Virus record (IMG/VR): IMGVR_UViG_3300036791_000400
Span: 2,650-66,649 of that record
DNA from: a virus
DNA: 64,000 bases
Strand: one strand, 5' to 3'
Position 1 is the stretch's first letter; the number at the start of each line of letters is the position of its first letter. The translations under genes and the position numbers were made by a program. Below the pieces are notes generated by a model, which saw nothing but the letters and a program-made list of their open reading frames with translations, was not told the origin of the DNA and searched no databases. Positions 38,701 to 46,232 of this stretch are shown here, piece by piece.

Positions 38701-39951
38701 AAGGACATGCACGATCAGGCGCTGGCCACCGGCGGCACGCGCACGGGCAAGACCTGGAACTACTTCATGAACCTGTCGCAGGTATCTGCGCACTCGGTCG
38801 ATGCGATGAACAAGGGGGTGATCGCCAAAGCCGCGTTCGATCTGGAGTTCCGCAAGACCGGAGATATCAACAAGGCGGTCGACTACGCGGTCGAGACTGC
38901 GCGCACCGCGATGCCCAACTATAATCTGGCGAACAAGCCGCGCATCGCCACCGCTAACGGGTTCCTCGGTCAGCTTGGTTCGCCGCTGATGCAGTTCAAA
39001 ATGTACGGCATGCACATGTACACCATCATGTCGAACATGGCGAAGGTGGGCATGGGGTCCGGCGAGAAGGCAAGGGAAGCGCGCTACGCGTTCGCCGGGC
39101 TCTTGGCTACGCACGCCATGAGTGCCGGCGTGCTAACCCTGATCGCCGACCCGCTGCGCTATATCGGCGGCGCGTATGACGCGCTGACCGGCGCGACCAA
39201 GCCACACGATCGCGAGGCGGATGTCCGGGGCTGGCTGTCCGACGTGATGGGACCCACCGCCGGCGAAGCGTTCGCGCGCGGCCTGCCCCACCTGCTCGGG
39301 TTCGATGTGCATTCGCGCGTCGGGCTGGGCAACCTGCTGGAAGTTCCCGAGCTGCCGTCGTTCGACAGCTCGGGCGTCGGCAAGCTGATGCTCGGGCTGA
39401 CCACCGGGGCCACCGGCGAGGGCATCCAGAAGCTGGTCGACGGGTTCCACAAAGCGATGGCCGGCGACGTGATCGGCGGGGTGCAGGACGCGATCCCACG
39501 ACCGATCCGCGATGCGATGAAGGCGGGCGATCTGGCCAGCAAGGGCGTGCAGACCCAGCAGGGACGCACGATCTTACCGGCGTCCAGGATATCGGGATGG
39601 GACGTGGCACTCCAGGCGGCAGGCTTCCAGCCGTCACGGGTAACCGAGGCGCGCGAGGGCAGCTACGCCGTGCAGCAGGCACGCGACGAGGCCAAGGCGC
39701 AGCATGACCAGCTGGTCAAAGCATGGGTCAGCGCCGACCCGGCGGACCGGCCCGCGATCATGTCGCAGATACGCGACTACACCAGCGACCCGCTGCACAA
39801 GGGTTTCCCGATCAACCATGACACCCTGCTCAAGGCGCTCCAGGCCAGGACCAAGGCCGGCAGGATACCGCCCGAGGCGTTCGGGCTCACGCTGCCCAAG
39901 CGAGGCGCCGCTGCACTCGAACAGGCGGGAAGGTTCGCGAACTACCAATGA
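32737..39951 (+). CDS. Giant internal virion protein (2404 aa) with HExxH and PLxRFG-like regions
   Basis: LHEAMHA motif, YFPLRRHGDY motif, last gene of ejection cluster. Confidence 0.82.
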   Translation: MPLDINADPNDPDVLTKQLDDQRSQALRPSSLPYAQTDTPSPPTGQPTDEVPPTPTAAPPAQGITTTTPAAPTRHGRPAPPAPGSYHYADDAQGAGTGGTTAGWTFPPDIPDAPPPSKSGLGRDMVRSFWQGAVAMGDGAVQAAHAVTNLITTNPDVNKAFQSAHQYMTSSIESSVDAMSPADRQAMRAKFTALWSGEKDPEGNLIPSPFEVGFGRYVALNAANMLPSWGPMLIPGGVLAKVAISGITMGAPSAGEMYTRLYDGVMKAPQSEMEQSPAYTAAIKAGQSDEQARLEVLRGAAILSVGTAGALGTAAGAGVGGILARGALGGGERIASRMGIGAAEAGATMGVQGAGTELAGQYGEKRAGIRQNYDIGQVIAEGVSQGLTGAALGAVGGVFHRPTAAEVREEERPPAPGVSSDTSAALTEALTPSTPEPGGPTTTADMSGIPGYSPSGVETIPRRPMPAPPAPPVAAGEPTGIPGWSPEGPAPTGSTAAPASAPPTAPETTPGVPPTPSAAPRPTPQAAPQAAPEVRPSAGMKAGELRDALTQMTGRAPPVKTSVGDLRTAYDREVARQASSTVASDVTGRQVGSQAPGGDGGPEPEAVAGKAAPSSEVDQPVGSLPVVTPSTEAARVEAETQAEPGPDITVAPTEAVSSQVAQGETAPAGREAAPTPKGEAAEDAVEPAKPKITPTKGDTIAGYNVDHDKVTGQVHAVAKDGVIAVRDSNGELHAVTPENVLEHTPKPLTKGEQLRAERVAKRAAEKAKLTGEKIEPATAHVAGEEQEVETKAPEREPRSLPEARQDVRDALEMAQRDIQPVKGVKASQVAQKAAQELGERFAKAKTEGDLHDAIAHWGSDNPNPLPLSTTRRSALADRMLKLLTGKGLDEYRTGETPEARAARVAAEAREEIARQPKAVEDERTQRKTALEEAHARDADVEREVAHEVGEAAAPEAEAEVTPVVKEPEAATKAKTTSKAREAERLLKDVLDGKKTPVQASEEYGLPKKGAKPRGEGLRTFLEYLVNEAKRAESEGERERIIAKSEAQNKASERAGGEHPNKKKARTETLQRELQRVGPEYAEKIRGYAREIADPIRKAADEAAAVKQAAAEKIAAKLGKGPQEMAAPERATPDGIGPSASRFVQMARDPRIGANLVRHLKAAAAVGRTLSLHDVLRFVRDDPLVRAEARPLHALAMRLLSSRLLPDVPVLTPEQGRARGLVDDQRMARFRSGNLYGYSAMEHSTPHIVLNPDTSFGHIETALHEAMHAVTSRYIEHLRETAPNHPDLQVLRAIKRELNDQKDLAYMTGRISGDQLDRINYALKDEHELHTALMTSPEVQAFAAGGQASDGLRAELSRLGFPPREQGRSVWRYFTDWVRRALGMDKPATVSEYTLLDHLLRPMQEITERGGEYGRSMDELRQFQREFEHDAPRDPELRAQAEPLYRTATSSMGDRVRDTADRALEHLPDAHTMGDKGQQFLLNGATTDGIVSRYKPLIPSLETWRNAREAIARVGKVFSDKFADATYKLTNGYAQIKDRNALGQLMNDATIAEAKLGSGVAADANAHLTTPAQKAALADLQARYNGLSDKAKAFYDNARDMYQQWHTTKRDAEKRSLLNTWWPDASDIDRKAFLKAATSKTAMEKYIGSEISPKLGRAIGKIYSQGFVRGDYFPLRRHGDYVVRYGDRDDPTKYGVEMFEKRRDAEARRKELLARGDVDDVYQVSQRSRSSIRDIAPDHPAVAELTDAMIARGTPTAEAHAVRDQLQSILLDHATRSEVARANMRRKGVKGASIDQGRVLADEFLNMQGSLGHLEHGAAVAQARSAMRREVEDLEGPRAVQSGMAVTGRQVLREAEKRDATIADPNSLMASLARKANVFSFAHALMSPSHMITASMEAHTNSMAILGARHNWGRAGLALTTAMRQAGPTMFTTGVRKTLAAVRGELKATDWNMSDLLRDRFIKAGANRAGMNMLFKRLEDAGLIDHTMLKDMHDQALATGGTRTGKTWNYFMNLSQVSAHSVDAMNKGVIAKAAFDLEFRKTGDINKAVDYAVETARTAMPNYNLANKPRIATANGFLGQLGSPLMQFKMYGMHMYTIMSNMAKVGMGSGEKAREARYAFAGLLATHAMSAGVLTLIADPLRYIGGAYDALTGATKPHDREADVRGWLSDVMGPTAGEAFARGLPHLLGFDVHSRVGLGNLLEVPELPSFDSSGVGKLMLGLTTGATGEGIQKLVDGFHKAMAGDVIGGVQDAIPRPIRDAMKAGDLASKGVQTQQGRTILPASRISGWDVALQAAGFQPSRVTEAREGSYAVQQARDEAKAQHDQLVKAWVSADPADRPAIMSQIRDYTSDPLHKGFPINHDTLLKALQARTKAGRIPPEAFGLTLPKRGAAALEQAGRFANYQ

Positions 39952-40205
39952 GCAAAGCATCGGACCCCGAGTACTGGCGCAACCGCGACTGGTATATCCG
40001 GCGGGAAACCTCGGAAGCAGGCAAGAAGAAGCGGGTCATACGCGACCAGGCGCGCACCGCCGAGATCAAGGCGGGCAAGCTCTCACCCGGTTCAAAGCTC
40101 ACGGTGGATCATATCAAGCCGCTGTCCAAAGGGGGCACCGACGCGGCGAAGAACCTGCGGGTGATCAGTGGTAAAGCAAATCGATCCAAATTTAACAAGA
40201 CCTAG
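39948..40205 (+). CDS. Small HNH endonuclease
   Basis: VDHIKPLSKGG...NLRVIS...NRSK. Confidence 0.85.
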   Translation: MSKASDPEYWRNRDWYIRRETSEAGKKKRVIRDQARTAEIKAGKLSPGSKLTVDHIKPLSKGGTDAAKNLRVISGKANRSKFNKT

Positions 40206-40279
40206 CGCGGCTTCCAAATTAGCCAGAGCAGCACCGCCAACAGCGCCAGCAGCGGGTACCAGCTAGGGATGCTCGGCAT
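40202..40279 (-). CDS. 25-aa hydrophobic peptide
   Basis: MPSIPSWYPLLALLAVLLWLIWKPR read by hand; fills the gap at the end of the leftward arm. Confidence 0.35.
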   Translation of the reverse strand: MPSIPSWYPLLALLAVLLWLIWKPR

Positions 40280-40282
40280 CGT

Positions 40283-40591
40283 TCATGCCCTTCCCGCCGC
40301 CCGCCCGTATTTCAGGGTGAGCACCTTGCGGATTGGCTCTAGCTCGGTGTGCAGCGCGTCCATCCGTGATATGTCGGCTTCGGTTTCCTCGATGCCGGGA
40401 TCGAGCATGTTAATTATGCTGGCGAACACGTGCTCGGCGCCCACGAGGTATGCCTCCTTCAGATCGTCGCGCGGCTCATGGGGTGGCAGCTTCAGGAACA
40501 GCAACCGATAGGTCTGCCACCCCGCCTCGATCAGCAGCCCCTCGTCGGCCAAACGCCTGACCAGCCGCTCGGCGACTTCGCGTGTGTCCAT
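40283..40591 (-). CDS. Hypothetical protein
   Basis: GGAGAGG SD; 102 aa. Confidence 0.75.
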   Translation of the reverse strand: MDTREVAERLVRRLADEGLLIEAGWQTYRLLFLKLPPHEPRDDLKEAYLVGAEHVFASIINMLDPGIEETEADISRMDALHTELEPIRKVLTLKYGRAAGRA

Positions 40592-40621
40592 CGGCCTCTC
40601 CTACATTCGAACGTTTGCGCA

Positions 40622-40801
40622 TCATTCGTGAGTTTGTAAAAGCGGCACGCCCAGCCGCTCCCTCGCCGCGTCCTGGTGGCGCTTCGGCACACATCGCTTG
40701 ATCCAGTCACAGGATGCGCACAGTGCAAGCTCTGGCGGCTCGTCGAAGATGAAGGAGAAGATGTGATGGCCGCAGTCGAGACAGGTGTATGCGATCGGCA
40801 T
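40622..40801 (-). CDS. Small zinc-finger-like protein
   Basis: CLDC and CASC; AAGGAG SD before MPIAY. Confidence 0.65.
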   Translation of the reverse strand: MPIAYTCLDCGHHIFSFIFDEPPELALCASCDWIKRCVPKRHQDAARERLGVPLLQTHE

Positions 40802-40812
40802 CGGCCACTCCT

Positions 40813-41034
40813 TCAAACGGTCTCGACTTGCTCCTGATCGGCGCCCAGCAACCGCATGATCGCCCGGCGCTGCTCGTGGGTCTCGCATGCCAGGTAGAGC
40901 CCTGGCGCCGTATCCCGGTCTGGCTGGAAGGACCACGCCGGCAACTGCGCCGCGAAAACCTCCGCTTCCAACACGCGCAGTCGCTCGATTTCGATCCGTT
41001 GATTTTCCAGCCTCTCGTGTATGTCGTCAGGCAT
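40813..41034 (-). CDS. Hypothetical protein
   Basis: GGGAG SD; 73 aa. Confidence 0.65.
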   Translation of the reverse strand: MPDDIHERLENQRIEIERLRVLEAEVFAAQLPAWSFQPDRDTAPGLYLACETHEQRRAIMRLLGADQEQVETV

Positions 41035-41050
41035 CGGCCACTCCCTATGC

Positions 41051-41209
41051 TCACTCTCCCTTGGGTGGCAGGGTGCTGTTGTCGATCCGGCCCCAGCCCT
41101 CGGTGTACTCCCAGCGGCGCTTCTGGTACTCGACCTGCAAGCGTGCCGCGCGTTCCTGGAACGTCTCGATCTCTACCGTAGTAAGCCCCGGCTCGGGCGG
41201 GGCGCTCAT
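41051..41209 (-). CDS. Hypothetical protein
   Basis: MSAPPEPG start overlapping the primase stop. Confidence 0.55.
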   Translation of the reverse strand: MSAPPEPGLTTVEIETFQERAARLQVEYQKRRWEYTEGWGRIDNSTLPPKGE

Positions 41210-44184
41210 AGTTTCACCTGATTGCCTGGTGTGGGCACCGCCGGGCCAGCTGCTCGTGGCGGCGTGGGCACCAGCTGCAAGTTCTGCAACCCCTGCGACA
41301 GCGCACCCACCAGGGGGATGTGCAGCTGGGTGCTTTTCATCAACTGTTTGTAGTTGGTTCCCGCGCCCAGATAGCCCCGTGTCTCGACGGCGCCCCAGTT
41401 CATCTTGAGCTGGGCGACGATCGCGGAATTGGCGTGGTTGTGGTCCTGACACCATAGCCTGAAACTCTCGGTGGTGAACCGCAACATAGGTGGCTGCTCG
41501 GAAATATGCACCCTGACCTCCTGTCCGCGTGGTTCCACCGTGGTGGGAACCTGCTTAGCGGAATGGCTGGCCGCACCCACGGTGTGCAGCTGGTAGTCGG
41601 ACTGCGCTGCCAGGTACTGGCCCATCACCCGTTCGAGATCATACTCGCCGGTGGCCTCGACCATAACCTGGAGACCGCGCGCCACCCGCATGCGGGCGAA
41701 GCAGTCCTTGAGGTAGCCGAACACACCCGCGAGATCGAAGTCGAACAGCCTCAGTTTGCGCGCATATTTGGCGCCCAGGATGGCGCACACCATGCCGGTG
41801 AGGAAGAACCGTTCATCGTCCTGGGTGCCCAGCTCGCGGCGTAATAACTCCCGCGCCTTCTGAAGATCATCGCGCACCCGGTCGAGGTTGGCCGCCAGCC
41901 ACTGCGCATAGACCGCGCCGGCGTGGCCGTAGTTCTTCTCGGTGGCCTTCAGTTTGAGCCCCACCCCCGGCATGTCGGGCCGGTCCTGCTTGAGCACCGG
42001 GCACTCGAACAGCCGGAGTATGGCCGCGTCGGTGCCCATGTTGATGTCGGTCAGGTAGTCCCAGTAGGAACGGTTCGACGACATCACCAGCATGGTTTCC
42101 CATGAACCCGCTTCGCGTAACTTGATATCGGAGGTGAGCCGGGTCTTCTCGCGACCCACCGGGAGCGAGAAAATCAGATCATAAAACTGCTGCTTCTCGT
42201 CCTTGGCGACCTGCATCTCGTCCCAGTAGCGGGTGAGTATCTTGGGCATGGTCAGCGCGTGCATGACCGAGTTGGGACTGTCCTTCATCGACTGGATCAT
42301 GGTGAAGTCGGCCCAGACCGCCTGACCCACCTTGATCGCGCTGGTTTTGCCGGTGCCGCTGCTGCCATGAAAATTCCAGCTCATCCCACGCACGTCACCG
42401 AGCAGCGCCACCAAAGGCGCTGCGAAGCTAAGGGCTATGATCAGCTGGAGTGCCGGGTGCTCACCTTCAAACAGCGCCGCAGCGGTGCGCCAGTTATCCA
42501 TCGTGCCCTTGGCGGTGTACAGGTGGTTCATGATCGGATCGCCGCCAGCCACCAGCTGCATGGTGCCGTCACGACGGTAGTAATTTCCGGCGATCGCCAG
42601 CCCGGTCAGCTCGCCTTGCAGATTATAGTGCCACCCGTAGGGCTGCACGACATCGACGGTGACCGCGTGCTGCGCCCGCAGCTTGTTGATCCATGCCAAG
42701 ATGAAGTCCCCCACTGGACCACAGGAGTGACGGTCAGTCGGCAGGTTCTGCTTGCGCAACAGGTTATGCTGCCCTGGTCCGCCTCCAAGGTCGAAGTCGT
42801 TGAGCACTGATAATTTGGCGACGCCGGCCATCTCATAGAGGAACACGATGCGCCGCCCGCCGCCGTCCAGCACGTGCAGCTCGGGTGACTTCACGTCACC
42901 CAGCATCAGCAGCTTCCACTGGCCGGTCTTGTTGTCGCCCTCGAAGTGCTCGATGCGCTGCGGGGTGTCCATACGACGGTAGTTGGGCGGCAGCTCGTCG
43001 GGATCGCTCGCGACCCCCAGGGTCAGCGGTGATTTGATCTGTCCCCAGAACGGACACTGGTCGCAGATGCCCTTGCGGTAGGTGTCGTACGAGGCGCACA
43101 GCGGCGCACCCAGATGCGGCTTGGCCGCCAGCTCGGCTTTGATCGCTGCCTTGTGGTTGTCGACGTTCTGCGGATCGTAGCGCGGATCGCCATCCGAGAT
43201 TGGGTGTACATAATCATCGCCGTCGACGCAGAAATCGAACAGCGTGAGGTGGCCACGGTACCAGAGCGGATACTGATCGCCGTTGCCGTGGTTGGCGAGC
43301 GAGCTGGCGACCTGCGCGCACCGTGTGGCGATCACCGAGACATTATATTCGCGCTTGGTTATGCCTACGCTGGCGTTAGCCCCCACGTTGACTGAAGCGC
43401 CCGCATGCGCGGGCTTGGGGCCTAAGTTTATCGGATGCACCGTCGCGCCACCGGGGGTTCCCGAACGAGGTGCCGACACTCCTATGAATGGTTGGAGGGC
43501 CTGGGTGATCAGCGATACTGCGTAGTCGGGCGCGGTGAACCGGGGCAATACCTCGACAGCCACGCCCACCGCGCCCTTCTGGTTCCAGGTCTCAGGCGGT
43601 CGAAGTATTCTTGCACTGTCCACCGTCGGCGACACATCGCCGACCCAGGCATGCACCTGCATCGCAGCACGCAGCGCGTCAGCCAGAGGCTGCCACTGAT
43701 CGCGTGTCAGCGCGGTATCGAGCACCCAGTAGAAGTGTAACCCATAGCCGCTGCTCACACACAGATTGGGACGTGGCAGGTTTATTGTCTGGCAGAAAGT
43801 GAGGCACCACGCGAGCGCGTCGTGCTTGGTAGCGAACACCATGTTCGCAGCTTTGCCATCGCCCACGCGAGATACATCCGCGTCGATCACCAGGGTCTGG
43901 ATCAGGTGGACGTTCGCCTGTTCGCGACGCACGTCCATCCACTGCTGACCCTGTGCGTTGGTGCGCAGCGTGCCCGCCTTGAAGGCAGCGAGCGCGTGAT
44001 ACATCTCGAAGCCCTTCGCCGCGCCCCAACGAATGAACCCGGCGGCGTCGTTCAGCCTGGCTAGCGGGAACGACCGGTACGACCACGTCTTTTTGTTCCT
44101 GGTATGCGGCTCCTTGTTGTAGGTGACGTTGAGATAATTCCCCGCTGCCGGAACGACCCTGCGAAGGAAGTCTTCTATTTGCAT
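41206..44184 (-). CDS. Primase / DUF927 helicase fusion
   Basis: AEP-like IDAD, SSGYGLHFYW, RILRPP; Cys cluster C..CP; P-loop GSSGTGKT. Confidence 0.88.
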   Translation of the reverse strand: MQIEDFLRRVVPAAGNYLNVTYNKEPHTRNKKTWSYRSFPLARLNDAAGFIRWGAAKGFEMYHALAAFKAGTLRTNAQGQQWMDVRREQANVHLIQTLVIDADVSRVGDGKAANMVFATKHDALAWCLTFCQTINLPRPNLCVSSGYGLHFYWVLDTALTRDQWQPLADALRAAMQVHAWVGDVSPTVDSARILRPPETWNQKGAVGVAVEVLPRFTAPDYAVSLITQALQPFIGVSAPRSGTPGGATVHPINLGPKPAHAGASVNVGANASVGITKREYNVSVIATRCAQVASSLANHGNGDQYPLWYRGHLTLFDFCVDGDDYVHPISDGDPRYDPQNVDNHKAAIKAELAAKPHLGAPLCASYDTYRKGICDQCPFWGQIKSPLTLGVASDPDELPPNYRRMDTPQRIEHFEGDNKTGQWKLLMLGDVKSPELHVLDGGGRRIVFLYEMAGVAKLSVLNDFDLGGGPGQHNLLRKQNLPTDRHSCGPVGDFILAWINKLRAQHAVTVDVVQPYGWHYNLQGELTGLAIAGNYYRRDGTMQLVAGGDPIMNHLYTAKGTMDNWRTAAALFEGEHPALQLIIALSFAAPLVALLGDVRGMSWNFHGSSGTGKTSAIKVGQAVWADFTMIQSMKDSPNSVMHALTMPKILTRYWDEMQVAKDEKQQFYDLIFSLPVGREKTRLTSDIKLREAGSWETMLVMSSNRSYWDYLTDINMGTDAAILRLFECPVLKQDRPDMPGVGLKLKATEKNYGHAGAVYAQWLAANLDRVRDDLQKARELLRRELGTQDDERFFLTGMVCAILGAKYARKLRLFDFDLAGVFGYLKDCFARMRVARGLQVMVEATGEYDLERVMGQYLAAQSDYQLHTVGAASHSAKQVPTTVEPRGQEVRVHISEQPPMLRFTTESFRLWCQDHNHANSAIVAQLKMNWGAVETRGYLGAGTNYKQLMKSTQLHIPLVGALSQGLQNLQLVPTPPRAAGPAVPTPGNQVKL

Positions 44185-44204
44185 TGGACGCTACCTCTGC
44201 CAGA

Positions 44205-44239
44205 ACAAAAATGGGGCGAGGAATTATCCCCGCCCCTCT
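44205..44239 (-). terminator. Rho-independent terminator (leftward)
   Basis: Minus strand GGGGCGGGGA-taat-TCCTCGCCCC-ATTTTTG. Confidence 0.65.
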
Positions 44240-44253
44240 GAGGTAACTAAGGC

Positions 44254-45378
44254 TCAACAGTCCGACTGTAACAGGTTGTCGATGGTGTCTTCCAGGTCAG
44301 CCGGTGCGGCCTGCACGACGACTGTTGCACCCGCCGCTGGGGCCGCAACGGGGGCTGCCGCTGGGGCCTTCACTACGGGAGTGGTGGATGCTGCCACCGC
44401 CCTGGGCTTGGCCGGCGCGGGCGCGCCCCGGGCCGCCGCCATGAACGGCGACTTCCTGGCGGTCGCCACCACGGGTACCGACACCGGCTCCGCGACCGGC
44501 TCAGCCTCAGCCTCGACCTGGGCCGGTGGCTGGGCAGCGGGCGGCGGCGTGCGCACATGGGCCGGGCGCTGCTCCAGCGGGTGTGCTTCCGTGGCGGCGA
44601 TCGCGTCCATGTCGGTGGTCACCTCGACCGCTTCCTCCTGGAGCATGCCCGTCACGTCGTCGGAACGCGCCAGCTCCAGCGCCAGCTCATAGTCCGCCGG
44701 GTCCGGTATCCAGCCGCCGACGGTGAATACCAGCTCGTGGGCGACCTGCGGGTTCTTGCTCAGCACCGTGATCACCTGCGACAAATCCGCCCCGTGCGAG
44801 CGTACCATCCGGGCGTAGCGTTCCAGCGCCAGCATCGCGGTCGGCGGCAGGTCCAGCAGCATGGGTCCGCCGAACTCCTCGTTGGCGATGTCGGCGGCGG
44901 GCACCACCGCGATCTTGCGACGGTCCTGGCACGCCTTGATCTTGGTCCCCGCGTCGGTGACCTTCGACCCCCACTTGTTGTTGGGGCAGGTCACGCAGAC
45001 CGGTGACTGCGGCACGCGTGCCCCGGCATCCGGCGCGGTGCCCTGGGTGCTGAAACAATCCGGCGCCTCGCCCTCACGCTTGGGGTCCCAGCCGGACAGG
45101 TAGAAGCGCTTCGAGATGTGCGGGGAAATCCCCACGATCACCACCTCGACCTGCGCCATTGGCACCGGTGCCAGCGGCTTGCCCGTGCGTGCGTCCAGAC
45201 CAGGCGACGCGAGCAAGGGCGTGGTCTCGCCGCGCCAGCGGATCGAGAACGCGGGATGGAAGTTCATGCGCGGGAAGCTGGCACGCACGCCAGCCATCGC
45301 GTTGGCATTGAGGTCGACGCCCTGCGTCGCGCTGATGTGCGCCGGGACGGCCCCTACCAGTGGTGCGAGTTGGTTCAT
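44254..45378 (-). CDS. Probable ssDNA-binding/recombination protein
   Basis: PDCFS..G..P, C..CP.N.WGS, KAC...R motif; flexible tail with acidic end; replication cluster. Confidence 0.6.
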   Translation of the reverse strand: MNQLAPLVGAVPAHISATQGVDLNANAMAGVRASFPRMNFHPAFSIRWRGETTPLLASPGLDARTGKPLAPVPMAQVEVVIVGISPHISKRFYLSGWDPKREGEAPDCFSTQGTAPDAGARVPQSPVCVTCPNNKWGSKVTDAGTKIKACQDRRKIAVVPAADIANEEFGGPMLLDLPPTAMLALERYARMVRSHGADLSQVITVLSKNPQVAHELVFTVGGWIPDPADYELALELARSDDVTGMLQEEAVEVTTDMDAIAATEAHPLEQRPAHVRTPPPAAQPPAQVEAEAEPVAEPVSVPVVATARKSPFMAAARGAPAPAKPRAVAASTTPVVKAPAAAPVAAPAAGATVVVQAAPADLEDTIDNLLQSDC

Positions 45379-45409
45379 AGTTCACCTATATGTTGACGAC
45401 AGTAGTGGA

Positions 45410-45850
45410 TCACTCGATGCCAGGCGCAGCGCGTCTGACATTAACGACGATCTCCGTGGTCACGTCCACCCCGGGGATCGGTAGTTTCGTATCCTCTATT
45501 ATTGCAACAGCGCCCGTCTTGGACACGCGGGCCTCCAGCAACTCCCACGCCTCGTTGTGCCGGATGAACTCCAGGGTCTGCGACCAGTCAGTCACGCGAC
45601 ACGAGGTGCGGTTATACTTGTAGGCAGTCCCATGGGCAGTCCTCATGCTCTCGGTCTTGTTGGCGTTGAGATGGTCGAGCAGCCAGTTCTCCAGCGTGGT
45701 CATGGCCTCAGTGTACTTCGCCAGTTCTCCTTCCATCTTTTTCTTGAGTTCGGACTTCCTGTCACGCAGCTGGACATACTTGTCGATCATCGCGTCGGGC
45801 GTCATTGCCGGACGGGTCCTGGTTTCAGACATTGACTGCTCCTTTGGCAT
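45410..45850 (-). CDS. Conserved-type phage replication-cluster protein
   Basis: Coiled coil then RT.HGTAY...DW...F...LE.RVSK....PG. Confidence 0.75.
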   Translation of the reverse strand: MPKEQSMSETRTRPAMTPDAMIDKYVQLRDRKSELKKKMEGELAKYTEAMTTLENWLLDHLNANKTESMRTAHGTAYKYNRTSCRVTDWSQTLEFIRHNEAWELLEARVSKTGAVAIIEDTKLPIPGVDVTTEIVVNVRRAAPGIE

Positions 45851-46058
45851 CCCTGGCGGTGACCTCGATGGTGTGGGTGATGTACATCACACCGTTCTTG
45901 AGAAACTGCGTGGGCGCCAGACGTTGGGTCACATGATGCTTGGCCGAGGCAGCGACCGCGCCGGGATCATGCACCACGAGGGAATTATGCTTGAGGCGCA
46001 CCCGCAGGTACACCGTCAGTTCGTATTCGTCTTCAGAACTGTTATTCGCCATGCTCAC
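45825..46058 (-). CDS. Hypothetical protein
   Basis: GGGAGTGAGC SD inside palindrome variant. Confidence 0.6.
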   Translation of the reverse strand: MSMANNSSEDEYELTVYLRVRLKHNSLVVHDPGAVAASAKHHVTQRLAPTQFLKNGVMYITHTIEVTARDAKGAVNV

Positions 46059-46232
46059 TCCCGTAGTATCTACATGGGCGCGACCATCCTTACCCTCTTA
46101 TAATTACGCTCGACCAGGTTTACCCACGCCTGCCGGTCATGTCATGAGTGTTGGGGTACCGGAAGGTTAGAGAGGATGGTCATGTAGCGTTGCGCGCCCG
46201 TCAACGGTAAAGTGTCGAGCAACCCCTAGCTC

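Larger units (their letters stand above)
1..40205. mobile_element. Tailed phage (podovirus-like) packaging and virion module; the phage genome continues across the whole window
   Basis: Terminase, portal, scaffold, capsid, tail tubular and ejection genes in tight operon; no tape-measure or sheath gene; no host housekeeping genes in the window. Confidence 0.93.

Noticed and set aside
37579-39114. 511-aa antisense ORF and many similar shadow ORFs
   Set aside because: Expected by-product of high-GC codon bias opposite real genes; no SD or domain motifs
32737-39951. N4-type virion RNA polymerase or DarB-like methylase-helicase
   Set aside because: No polymerase, methyltransferase or helicase motifs recognised in the 2404-aa protein
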